Shown in pieces: positions 13,276 through 26,100 of a stretch of DNA of 64,000 nucleotides. How positions within the stretch are numbered: the stretch's first letter is position 1; the number at the start of each line of letters is the position of its first letter. Made by a program: the position numbers and the translations under genes. Below the pieces are notes generated by a model. That model worked only from the letters and a program-made list of their open reading frames with translations. It ran no database searches and had not been told where the DNA came from. The DNA lies in the NCBI RefSeq assembly GCF_009834535.1, contig NC_045696.1, positions 51,772,001-51,836,000 on the forward strand, written 5' to 3'. The stretch comes from Camelus ferus (taxonomy: Eukaryota).

Positions 13276-14225
13276 GACCCAACCCCACCCTATTTACTTA
13301 GGATTCGTTTAGTCTGGCACTTCCCCCCTACTCTTCCTTTTCAAATCTCAGTCACTCACATTTGTTTTTTCCTAGAATTATGGTGTAAATCATTCTTAAC
13401 AAGCTAGCTTGAAACATGTCTCACTCAGAAGAAACACATCACGCCACTGTAATTGAAACATGGAACCGCAAGCTTGAAACTCTTTCTAACTATTTTTTGG
13501 GGCTACTCTTCAGAAGGGCAAGCCGAACTTCCCTCACAGTGCCATAACCCCTGTGTCACACAGCTAGGATAACATCACAGACCGAGGCCAGAGCATGAAG
13601 AGAAGGCACTGGCAAAAGAAGAGGTGGGTGGTTCCTTTATTCCCCCCAGTTGGGCAGACAACCCTGTGAAGCAAGGATTGTAGTTACCACTTAGTTATCT
13701 CAGGTTGATGGCTTGAAGTTTGACCTCACTAAGACCTCTGGATATGACATCCCACCTGAGAGTTCCAGTTTCAAACAGGATGGAGTGGCTTACTTTGCAG
13801 CACCGATGAAAGCTGTTTCCAATTCTGCCTTTAGTAGTCACCTCCCAATCTGATAGCCCATTCAGTTGTACACTTAACTCAAGTTGGGGTGAAAATAACC
13901 CCCAGATTTGGAAAGGCTAGAAAAATTGCTCTCCCATCCTAGAGCATTGTTCTTCAATCACACAGTTCCTCTAAATAGAGTTGACGGCCTTTGAGATGCA
14001 AAATGCATCACTTTAATGTAGTAGAAGTCCCTTTCACTGCATTGCCAAATCTATTTAGCAGAATCTTCTTGGAATAATCTGTCCCTAGACCTGAGGATGC
14101 GCAGTGATTTTAAGCATTTTAAGCTAACGATAATGGTTAGTGCTGAGAACAGATGTACCTGGCTGTGATGTGATCTATTCCAGTAGGCTTTTATGAGCTG
14201 TTCATTCCTATTGACTTTGCATTTT

Positions 14226-14470
14226 ATGTCTGTGCTTTTGCCTGGTGTGATGGTTGCATAGGGGTGTCATGTGTGTATTTTCCTGATGTATGATGGCTGC
14301 ACAGGGGGCTGTGTGTATTTTCTCAGTGCAATGGCTACACAGAGTGTTGTGTGTGTGTTTGCCTGGAGTTACAGCTGCACGTGTTATTGTGTGACTCTCC
14401 CCCGCTCCCCCATTTGAAGCCTGCTAGCAGGGTCCTATGTGTATCTTTTTCCTAGTGTGATGGTTGCACT
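14226..14470. repeat. degenerate ~38-43 bp tandem repeat, about 5 copies
   Basis: Recurring unit tgtgtgtattttcctggtgtgatggytgcacaggg; four adjacent copies at 14226-14390 plus a detached copy at ~14437-14470. Confidence 0.8.
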
Positions 14471-16554
14471 CATTGCTCTGTTAATGATGGACATTTCTAG
14501 CAATTATCTATCTACAGGGTCCTGGGGAAAGAACTGCAGTAAAATCAATAAACAGTTCTAGACAGGCCCTTGTAAACACAAAATGACACCCTTGCATAAA
14601 TGTCTTTTCCTACCATGGCATGTTAAAATCCAAGTGCTGTTACCTTATTGGCATTGGGATAAAATTTCTATGGTCTCTCCATCTCTTTCACATATTCCAG
14701 TCGTTTGGGGGAGTTTGAGATTACTTCTGGTTGGAGGGCTTTTACCCATGAACCTATCTAATGACATTTTTCACTACACCATCCTACGCATCACCTCTTA
14801 CACTCCATTCTGACTTGTTCTGGTATAATAGCCGATATTCTGAAAGTGAATATGCCTTTTATTTATTCCTGCAGTCTCACCAGGCCCTCCTGACATGCCC
14901 ACTGTATCACACACACACACAACCCCCTCCCTTGCTGCTCTCTAGTCTGTGTATCCCTCCTGTGTTCACTAAATGGAACTGACAAAGCAAAGAACCAATG
15001 AGGTTAAAGTCTTTTGAAACCCCTGGAATACAGATGAGCTGGGAGGCATCTGGAAACAAAACCAGACACTTGAAATCAAAGAGACAAGTAAATTACTATC
15101 CTAATCTAGGAAGAATAACTAAAGGTGTCAGTGGGGTTCCATTGATAGCGCTTGGCCCTGGGCCAGAATGCCAAGGGTTCAAACTCCACACCAGCTTTGG
15201 GCTCAGGCCCAAGACTTGCCACCGCAGGGTGCAGCAGCATGTGCAGCAGTGTTAAAGGTGTCAGCCTTCTGCAGAGAGGTTAAGTCCAAGTCCTTCTGCC
15301 TGTTTGTCATTATACCCTAGAGGGACGCAGAGGTAACCCTCGCTTCTCCTCCAGTGCCTTTCTCAACAGGACAGGCTGTGGAGGAGCCTGTATTTATCAA
15401 TATCAGTGTTGTACAATTAGGGAAATGCCCCTTTTCTGATAAGGCTGCTTGAAGAAATAAAGCATGTGTGAGAATATCCAACTGCCACCCCCCACCCCTG
15501 CTTCTCCCACCAAAAAACCTGATGTCTGTCCTAAAGATTCTTCCATCAGTGCAAAGAGCTAAGTTTGGAAACCTAAAACCACGTGTCTCAATGAAAGGAA
15601 ATGTTTTCATTGGAACAGCTTACATGTCTGGTACACTTGCATAAAAACTATTGCATAGCATTTCAGAGCTAAAATTGCTATAAAATGCTTAATACAGTAA
15701 GAATAATTATGAGATTTTGCACGCACAGCTGGTATACAACTAAAGTCTCAGCCACAGAGTCAGTGGAGCATGGGAAAACCATTTATAAAAATTCCTGGTA
15801 TGCCAGTTTAACTCACCATCAACAGCCTATCAACACTTCCTCCATTCTTTAGGTGGATGGGGAAGATATTTACCTACCAACTGCTTTATTTTTCCTTTTA
15901 TGGATGTCGTTAATAATTGATTCAAGGATTTCTAGTCATTACTTGACAGCAGCAATATAAATAAATTTTAAAGAACACAAATGACCTGAACACAAGGCTT
16001 TTCCACTGAGCACAGGAGTTACAAATAGAGTAAACAATGAACTGAAAGACCAAATTATTAAGTCTACCTGCAGTACAATTGCCCCCCTTTACCTCCTCTG
16101 TTCCTTCTATTCCTTCACCTCTTCCCATCTCCTGTTTCCTTCTCTAAGGTTCAAATCCTTGAGTGACTTCCTGGGTCCTCTGGGTGCCCCACCACGGCCC
16201 ACCTGGCCTCGCGTTCCCTGGGGCAACACCCCAAGGACAGAACTCTCTCCATTTTCTCCTCAAATTATAACAGTTCTCTCTTCTCCATTCCCTTTAGCAT
16301 CTGCTAACAATCACTTGAAAAGGAGCTAAAGTAATGTGTATGATCTGTTAATGGTTAACAGTAATTTAATATAGATTATTAAAAAATTATTTTTATTGTG
16401 GCTTTATAGGATCTATGGAACATGCTATAATAGGTGAGGTGGTTTTAGTCGGAGGCATTGCTGGATGCTTCTTTGCATGGCCTTGGTCATAGAAAGCAAA
16501 GTCACAGTGGATATATGGGAACCCTCAGGTGGACAGACAGTCTGGGGACACAGA

Positions 16555-16718
16555 GGCACATGGTACTATAGAAAATGAATTGGACCGGAATCAGGAAACC
16601 AAATTTGAGTATCAGTAAACTTGGCCAACAAATGTTTGTGTAAGACATTAAGCTCCCTCAGCTGAGAAATGAGGCCCCCGGATTAGAAAATCTCCATGGC
16701 TCCCTCCAGCTCTGAAAT
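16555..16718 (+). mobile_element. MIR3/MIRc SINE fragment
   Basis: ggaatcaggaaacc...gaaatgagg...gattagaaaatctccatggctccctccagctctgaaat, a MIR3-type tail. Confidence 0.55.
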
Positions 16719-16964
16719 CAAGGTGATCATGGCTCTCTGATGGAAGGTCAGTTGCTTGCTCTGGTTTAGCTGCTTCCTCTGGCTAAGAATTAGTGGCTTT
16801 GAATAAAAATGGTTGCCACTGCCCATGGTGCCATCTTACTAAGGGAGTGTAGATGTTCATAGATAAGTTTTAAGCTCTCTGTCTACTACCTGCATATACT
16901 ACTTCTGAGCTGGCTCCTTTATGCTGCTACACAGATATTTTATCAGCATTTTGTTTCTTATTTA

Positions 16965-17075
16965 CTTAATTCAACAAATATTTAAGAGATGCTCTCTTTA
17001 TGTGAAACACGGAGCTAGTCACTGAAGACAGGGCAGAACGGGACATCATCTCTGTTTCCTAAGAAGCACAAGTGA
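16965..17075 (-). mobile_element. L2 3' end fragment
   Basis: attcaacaaatatttaagag...tatgtgaaacac...catctctgtttcctaagaagc. Confidence 0.5.
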
Positions 17076-17539
17076 GTCTCCTATTCTTGTCCACTCTCTC
17101 TCCAGCTCCCCTTCACTTCCATGCGTAAACTTGTATATGCCTAAAACTATAAACGTAGTACAGAAAGAAAACAAGGGGAATTAGCCTCATATAATCTGTG
17201 CCCAGTCCAAAGTACTGTCTATCTTCAACAAAAGACTATAATAATAATTGGTATTAGAAAATTACAGTCATTCAGATATTCACTTCAGTTGTGTATAGGG
17301 TATTTATCATCATGTATTTTGAGGTCACGGATGTACATTAAGAACAGCAATTTGGGTGGTAAGAAGATTATTAAGGCAAAACAATTCCTCCTGTAGGAAC
17401 CCTGATAAAATTCTAGGATAAAATCTGTGACTCCTATAAAAACCCCCTGGGAAAGTGAGAACACAGAATATTTTTGTTTGTTTTTTTTTTCCTCTGAGGA
17501 TTTTGGGTTCTTAGCCCTCCAAACTTTCTCTCTTGAACT

Positions 17540-17735
17540 AATAATAATAACTGTCATTTATTGAGTGCATATTAAATTAAGGCACTTCCATTATTGCATG
17601 ATAATAAAGTAATTCTGCAATGTAGATATTATTACCTTTACTTTACAGATGTGAAAACTGAGGCTCAGGAGGGTGAAATAATTTGTCAAATATAATACAG
17701 TGTGCAGAGCTGGGATTTAAACTCAGGCCTGTCTT
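17540..17735 (-). mobile_element. MIR SINE
   Basis: catttattgagtgc...tttacagatgtgaaaactgaggctcag...gagctgggatttaaactcagg, the MIR core in reverse. Confidence 0.85.
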
Positions 17736-18769
17736 TGTGGAACATAGCTCCATAAACATGTTAGAGTTCTGCCAACTCTAACTGATTTAAAAAAGAAATA
17801 ATCTTGCCTGAATGCTTTGTTAGCAAACAAGGAAAACAACCTTCATATTCTTTCTTCACATTCACTCATTGCATTATATATAGTACAACGAAAACAGGAG
17901 ATGGTTAAGATTTTTCTAAGATCTGGCTGCCTTTGCCTCTTTATTTAGACTGAGATGAATAATTAAATTTGGGGCTCTCAATCAAAGTAAAAGAATGAAC
18001 TATTTGCCATGTGAATAAGTATTTGTTATTAATTGATCAGACATGGATAAGGTGTGTTATTACAACTATATTTGTGAGGTATGATCTACGTTGTTCTACT
18101 GCATATTACTCTGTGCTGTTTTTCATTTTCTTGCACATTGTACTTTTTGTCTTGTTTTTATGAATTTAGTCACAGTTGGTTGTGTTTTGAACTTTGTAAA
18201 AATGTAATACTAAGAAAATTTTCAAAAGAAAAAGAAAATATTTTAAAAATGATGTCAAAATCAAATCTACCCCTCACTAATTTGATTTGTAGGAAATGGA
18301 GAACAAAGTATTGCAAGCAGATTGCTTTTAAATACATCCTAATTACTTCAATGTGCAAATGCATTGACTAAATCAAAGCATGCATTTAACACTTTGCACT
18401 TCAATTGTGCTTATTCATCTAAGTTCTATAGATAGCAATTCCATAAAAGAAAAAAAATCATGAGACAGACTTCACTGTAGTCGGTCATGCTATGGTTATC
18501 TGGGGAAGACTATCGTTCTTAGGTTCAAGCTTACCTCACAAGTCAGCTCACTTTTGGACTAACGCAGAAGATCACTAGTCCAAATAATACAAAATAACAG
18601 ATACTTTACTGCAGCTACTCAAGTTTTCCCAGCTGACCTCATTTTTCCTGTGCTTCTCTGCTGTCAGTGCCTGAGGTGAGGAGGTGGGGGTAGTATATCT
18701 GCACCTTCTGCCCCAGGCATCAAGATGCATGTACAAGTACAAAAGCTGACCTGGGAAACATTATCTGTA

Positions 18770-18930
18770 GTAATAATAGCCCAAGGGCTTAGCCAGGATG
18801 ATACACACGGTCTCATCCAATCCCCACAGCAAAGACTAAGTTAAGTATTATTACTATTCCCATCTTTCAGATGAGGAAATTGAGATTCAGAGAGATGTAA
18901 TAACTTGTGACTGTCACACTAATCATTGCA
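18770..18930 (-). mobile_element. MIR SINE
   Basis: tattcccatctttcagatgaggaaattgagattcagagagatgtaataacttg. Confidence 0.75.
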
Positions 18931-20259
18931 AGAGCTCTTAAGCATTAACTCTTTAACTCAGCCTTGTGAAAAATTATATTCCTGAAAGATGTTTACTTCC
19001 AAAGATGTTCATGATTTGGTGATAACATCATTGTGAAGGAACTTACCTAAATGCTAGTAAACTTAATTATATAATAATACATAGGGTGTGAGCACTTGTG
19101 TCCAAGTAACTTTTTTCTTAGATCAGTTTTATAGTTTACTAAAATCATCTAAACTAAGTTGCTGATCTTTTATTAGTTTGTTCAACAATTATGCATTTTG
19201 CCAGAACCTGAAGTAACAAAGATAAATAAGACATGACCTCTGTCTTTGCTAGACTTGCAGTTCTGAAAAAGAGATGAGCATGTGTACAAATGGTTCTGGG
19301 TTAACTTGTAGTCAGCGGAGGCCTGAGCTGGACAGAGCATGGTCACTCTCCTGGCAGAAGGGAAAGAGGGTGCAGTCCGGAAATTTTTAGTTATTCCAGC
19401 ACTTTGCCATTGGCCTGTGTAGGGAATTTAGATTTGTTAAAGATTACATTTTAACTTATAAAAGTGGCAGTCTAGCTTACTTGTATATTTTGGGCTGATA
19501 AAACTTTATGTGGTTCATTCTTTCTGGTATCCAACTGGGTTTCTTTTTTGGCTAAATTCTTGATAGAGAACCAAGTGAGTTACTACATTTATTCATTCTT
19601 ACATAGAACAGCTGAGATTCTCTTCTTGAGATGAGTGCCTGATAAATGTTATCAGTAGTAGTTCATACCACCCAATAAAAGTGACTTTATAGAGACTTAT
19701 TGGCTCTGTCATTTACTTTGTTTTCATCTGTTTCAATTACTCAAAATGCTATTATTAGATTATGAAATTTTTACAATATGAGAAACTTAGGAGTTAAAAA
19801 TGATTGAAAACATAAAGAGTGAGCTAGATTTCTTCCCTTGCTATAACTTCATACACATGGAAGTGTGGTCTGAGCATATTAATGTCAGAGCTGACTGATG
19901 GACTTAAAAAAAAAGCTCTGGAATGTCAAAGTGCAGGTTGATAACCTAAAGCAAATGTACAATGATCCAAAAAAGAAAAAGAGACTCTGGCAATAGAAAC
20001 TATATGATACATTTCAGAAAATAAATACCACATCATATTCAATATGATATGATTCTGAAAATCAATATTTTAGATAATTTGAAATCTTAATAAATTGGAA
20101 AACTGAAACATTTAATCCCTTTAAGAAGGGATAAACAGTAGACATGTTTTCTTAAGTTGAATTATTATCAGATTTAGAGTTAATTTTCTCTAGATTACTT
20201 GTTGTTTGCTTAAAAATCTTACTTTTCTAATCATTAGAGTATTTTTACAATACTTAGCA

Positions 20260-20900
20260 ACCTTAAGAAAAAAGAAATAAAATATTACTTGATTCCATCA
20301 TACAGAGGTACTACTATTCACATTCTAATGCATTTCCTTTGATTGTAACCAAGTATTTTCATTTTTCTAATTTGGGATCATGTTAGGTGCACAAGTTTCT
20401 TTTGGATCAGGTATTCTCAGTTATATTGTTTCATGAAAATTTCCTAGTTAAAAAATTCTTTAAAATACCTTTAATAACTATGTAATTAATAACTGTTATG
20501 CAATAACACATATGTATGTTCCATAATTTGCTTAATAATTTCTTTGATTATATATTTAACATTGTTTTTCTCTTCTTCTACTTTTATAAATGACACTGTG
20601 ATGAACAGGTCTCTGCATACCAATCTTTACCTGAGTTTCTGGTTTCTGTAGGTAGATTCCTAGAAGTTAAATTACGGGGCCGAAGGACATATTTTTAAAG
20701 AAAGGCTCATGATAATGTAATGCCATATTACTTTGCAGAATTTTGTGTCAACACATGTGCCCCATGTAACTATTATATGAGTGCCAGTTTTACTGCACAT
20801 TTATCAGCATGGAGAATTATTATCTTTATAAATCATGTCTTTGAGTGATAGTGAATTAACATGCTTTTTCATATGCTTTAGACATTTGTATTTTGTCTTT
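20260..20900 (-). mobile_element. old L1M 3' region fragment
   Basis: ttataaatgacactgtgatgaaca; taggtagattcctagaagttaaattacggggccgaagg; ttgcagaa...tatgagtgccagttt. These are typical reversed L1M 3' phrases. Confidence 0.7.
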
Positions 20901-20959
20901 TATGATTTTTATCTTTTTAGATTTTTTTGGAACAAATATACATCTCAGTACCTTCGTAT

Positions 20960-21200
20960 CCTTTGCTTCCGCTCTATCTCTGATACCATCACTATACCTT
21001 AGACTCTCCTTACCTCACCCTGAACCATGGCATCATGTCTGCCTGGTCACTATTCCAGATTTCTTCCATTCTAGTCCATTCTGTACACTGCTGCCTAACA
21101 GGACTTTTGAAAATACTGCTTTTATCATGTCAGTCCTGATCAAGAACCTACAGTAGCTCCCAGTTATTCATCTATTGGCTAAATTCAATGGCCTTATTCA
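20960..21200 (+). mobile_element. L2 fragment
   Basis: ccattctgtacactgctgcc...atcatgtcagtcctgatcaagaacctacagtagctccca. Confidence 0.55.
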
Positions 21201-21354
21201 GGAGCAACATAATGCCATTCTTGAATATCTCCTTATGAGTTCTGTTGAATAACACAGGTTATTGATGTATGGAACCCACATGCAGTTAAGTTTTTATATG
21301 TGAGTATTTATAAACAACAGGGAGGGACAGACATGATACTGAATACTAGACACG

Positions 21355-21515
21355 GGCACTGGAAGGGAATTTATAGAGCATCAAGCCCAACTCCACATTT
21401 ATAAATGAAGAAACTGACTCAAATAGTTCAACAAATTACCCAAAGTCATAGAGCTAGTTAAATAATAGAACTAGGACTAGAAACCAGATCTCCTGATTCC
21501 CAGTTCAGTGCCTTT
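21355..21515 (-). mobile_element. MIR SINE
   Basis: atttataaatgaagaaactga...cccaaagtcatagagctagtt...ggactagaaaccagatctcctgattcccagttcagtg. Confidence 0.8.
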
Positions 21516-22879
21516 TAAATAGAGATTAATAATAATAATAAATCATTTTTACAATTCAAAAATAGAAACAGCTAGGAAAACATTTAATTTCAATCTGTTC
21601 TTATGTATAAAAGATTGTTAAAACCATGCCATGTAAAAGGTTTGAGTGTTCTTATAAACACAAATAATATGTACTTATAAATTCATCAAGTGTGTCATTA
21701 AAATTTTCATAAAATTTGCACATAAGCAAATGACCCAGTTTATACTAGTTTGCTTTTCTTGTTAATCTACATTGTTTTATTTAATCTGCTTTGCTACAAT
21801 ACAAGCATCATATTTCTATTCTAGCATGCTGCAGATCATCATTAAGTTTCTTGGTAATATCTAGTGGTATTCAATGGCAAATCCAATTTTCCTAGCAACT
21901 TCTATAAAGGATTTCTTTTGACTACAATTGGGGATTTTAAGAAATACTCTTAAAAAAAAAAAAACTACTTCAAAATGTCTCTATTTAAATAGTAAACAAC
22001 ATGAACTATTTTGGAAGGAAATGGGCTATGAGAATGGGAGTTGCCAAATACACTAATTATTTATAGGGATAGGGTAGGGCAGACGGGAATAGCTATGAAC
22101 TGAACTAACTTGGATGGCAGCTCATTGATTGTAAAGTGTTGATTCACAAAGCATGTGTTTGCCTAACAAAAGTATTGACAGAAAGAGTATATACTAAACC
22201 ATATGGCAGTTACACAGTTTACAAAATCTAAGGTTTAAATGAATAGGTGGGCCATCCAGCAGTAGAGGGAGACTAAAGAGATCTTAGCTATGTGTTCTTC
22301 CTCTGTGTACATGTGTGTGCACACAAAAGAGGTCTATTCATTTTATACTCGACAAATATTTATTAAGCACCTATTTGTGCTAGAAGCTCTCTATGACCAA
22401 AGTAAATGACCCAGCTTTTTGTGATTATCCTCTCCACAGCTGTATCATAAAAACAAATAATAATCTATACCTGCCATAATATAACAAAAACTGAGAAAGT
22501 GGGTAGGAGCAGAGGAATGAAGAGGCAGCATCCTGAATTTCTCATTTCATACAGTGTATAATTTCATTAATGTTGGTAATCTAAAAAAATAGGCCTAAAT
22601 GTTTTTTAAAAATAACAGTAATCATTATTTGAAGAATAAACTATGTTTTAAAACTCTCAAATTCCTAGATTGATAACAAATAAATAAAATAGATGCCAAA
22701 AGAGAAAAAGAGAGCACCAGGGATGCAGGAAACTACAGAAAATATTAAATAAGATTTCTGAGATAGTACCAGATATATTTTTACAACAATAGATACTAAG
22801 TTAACCAACTTATTATTGAAATAAACACCATAATATAGGCTTAAAAAAAGCCCACAGAATGTAACCATAGGATAGTATT

Positions 22880-23110
22880 TTGAGAGTACTAGTTTTGGTA
22901 GTGGAGAAAATTGAGTTCAAATGTTACTTCTGCCATTTTCTAGTTATAACCTCTTTCCTAAAGGGAAATTTATTTGGCCTATTTATCTCAATTTCCTAGT
23001 TTATAAAATGTGAATAAAAATGACTGATTGTAGAGAGGATTGAATGAGATAATATCTATAAAGTTCAGTGCCTAGCACCACTAAACATTCAATAATAATA
23101 ACTATTATTT
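22880..23110 (+). mobile_element. MIR SINE
   Basis: gagttcaaatgttacttctgccatttt...tctcaatttcctagtttataaaatg...gaggattgaatgagataat...cagtgcctagcac. Confidence 0.75.
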
Positions 23111-23129
23111 ATAATGTTTGTTTTAAAAT

Positions 23130-26100
23130 GATGTGTGTAAATAAAAGAGAGGTAAAAATCAAAGGAGTGTTGTCCAAAATACACTGATAACTGAAAAAAC
23201 TGATACAATATAAAATGAAAATACCAAAGAGGCAGAGTTAGACTTAAAAAAAAGTGATCATTTCTACAAAGAAACAAAAACCACTGAGGGGATTGAAGCC
23301 TTAAGCCTGGAGAAGTCTGAATCCAGACGCACACAGAGGTGGCTGGGAGTCTAGCTCTTTGGAGTAATGGGGCCACAGAGGTTACATATGAAATGGTGGA
23401 CCTAAGTCTGGCTCACTACTTCAATAAGAAGCTGCAAAAAATTTGGCCAACTGCTGCCTGGGTCAATAGCTTATACGGAGTTGCAGGCATTGAAAGGTGG
23501 AAGGATAAAGACACAGCCTCATAAGCAAATATTATTAAAGGGAAGCTGAAAATCACCATTATAATATTTGGATTCAGACTAGAAACCCAGGAATCCAGAT
23601 AGAGGCAACTGGAAAACCATTAGTCAGGGATGTATGAACAGAGAGAGAGCCAAGAGACAATACAAAAATCTTATGACCAACATTAACCTGGCAAAACAAA
23701 ATTCTAAAACATAGCAAGAAATCTAGTGCTAAGAAAAACAACCAACTAAATCAATAATTGGAACATTCACTCCAATGAATTTGATTTTACAGAACTGTCT
23801 GACAGTGGCCTCACCATGAGTATGTTTATAATGTACAGAGATAAATAAAAGAATCATACCTGTAAAATGAAGTTATTAAATAAACACAGACAGAAAAAAG
23901 ATAAGGATAGGTGAATAAAAATCAATCAGAAATCTTAAAAATGAAAAAAAATTCACTGACATAAAATGCAGTAAATGGGATAATTTAAGATTGTGAGATT
24001 TCAAGGAGAGGATTAAGTGAGTTGGAAAGTGATATTAAGGAATTCAGTCAGAAAAAAAAAATCACAGAAAGTAAAAATGTTTTTAGAAAATGGAAGAGCA
24101 GTTGAGATATGGTAAATTGACTAGGAAACACCAATAGATATCTATGAAAATCCCAGAAGAAGAAAATGAAGGTAATGACAAAGAAACAATAAAAGAAAAG
24201 AAAATAGCTAAGAAATTTCCAGAATTAGATTTTTGAAATTAAAAAATAATATCCTGAGTTCATGACCAATAATTCAAAATAAATCCACATCCAGACACAT
24301 TTCAGAGAAATTGTAAGACATTAACAATATAGTAAATCTCTTAGAAGTTGTGAAAGGGAAAAGGCAGACTACTTATAAAGAGAAGAAAAAATAGATTGAT
24401 AGCAGACTTCTCTTAAGTAATAATAGCTGACAGAACAATCATCTAAGATATAATTGAGTAATATCTTCAAATGCTGAGCAGAGATACTCAGATAAATTGC
24501 TATTTAAGATAAAAGATAAAGACATTTTTAGATATACATAAAGAGTGTACTACCCAGGGCCCTCCATAAAGAATTACTAACAGATGTAATTCAACAAGAA
24601 GAAAAGTAGGCCCCCCAAAGAAGCTACAGAATCCATAAATAACGGTGGGCACAGTAATAACTAAAATAAATGAGTAAATATAATTAAGTATTGATCATAA
24701 AAATCAATGATAACCACTTTCTTATATGTTTAAAACAAGTAAAACTAAAACTATTTAACAATTACAATAGTGAGAGTGATACTGAAGAGGCAGATAAAAC
24801 ATGTTAGACACCTTTTCCCCCCTCCTTTTTTCCTTAGGAGATAGCCAGAAATACTAAAAAGTGGATTTAATTTTTTGTTAGAAAAGTATGTAGTTAGGTG
24901 TACACACAAAAATTTTAGCATGAGTACTAAAAGAAGATAAGCCACCTATAGATTTCAAGCCCAGCAGTAAAATCCATATACTAAGGTCACAAAAGAATTT
25001 TCAAAAAATTGTTTTCAGTCAAAACTATATAAAACACATCTTACTATTGTAATGCAATTAAATTCAGAATCAGTAATAAAAATAGAACAAATACACATTT
25101 AGAAAGTAGAAACATACACTTCTAAATAACTTAAAGGTTAAAAGTAAATCAAAACAGATATTAAAAAGTTTTTAAAATTGAAGAAAACTTCATATCAACA
25201 CATGCTCTGCAGCTAATGAGAAACTTGCTATGCAGATAATGAGAAATTTGAATGAGAATTTAGAGAAAAATTCATTTTAAAAATAATTTAAATTATTAAA
25301 ATTAAATGACTAATAATTCAACTCAGGAATCTAGAAAAAATGGTTTACATTAAAAAGTAGAATAAAAAAATAATGTTGACAAAAGCAGAAAGTAAAAATG
25401 TTTAATACAAAGACATAATAAAGTAGATAAATAAAATCAAGAGCCAGTTTTTGAAAAAAAATAAATGAAACAAAAATGTCTAACAACAAGTGAAAGAAGA
25501 GAAAAGGCTAAAGTAAATACTGTTAGGAATAAGAGGGGGATATAATTAAAATTAAAAGTCACAAGACTATTTTGAACAGCTTTGTACACATAAATTTGAA
25601 AGTGTAGATTAACTAACTGTATATTTTCCAAAAAAAAAATTCTTAAAATTGACTTAAAAAGAGATAGAACATTTGAATAAACCAATAGCCATGGACAAAA
25701 TGGAACTGATAATTAAAAGTCCACCCTACACTATGCTGACAGAAAATACCAAGTCCTGATGATTTTAGAGGTAAGTTTAACTAAATCTTCAGAACAGGTA
25801 ATCTGTATAATATAAAAACCATTTCTAAATAGAAAAAAATAAGAAAGAAATACTGCTCAACTTATTTTATGAGGCTAGTATCACCATGACACCAAAACTC
25901 TTCAATAACAGTTTTAAGAAAGAAAAGTTAAAGACTATCTCTCCATGCAACATACTACATAAACTATCAGCAAAGTAAACTCAACTGTGGATATAAAAAA
26001 GTATACCAGGACCAAGTTTTTTTTTTTTCCAGGAATGTAAGAAATGTTCAATATCAGGAAATTTATTAATATTATATAAAATGTTAATATATTAATGGGA

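Noticed and set aside
14226..14470. CRISPR-like array
   Set aside because: Units are adjacent and degenerate with no unique spacers, there are no cas genes, and the context is mammalian.
18530..18595. Minus-strand donor GAG|GTAAGC and small tttggacta/tagtccaaa stem
   Set aside because: No convincing acceptor or open frame; isolated donor-like 9-mers are common.
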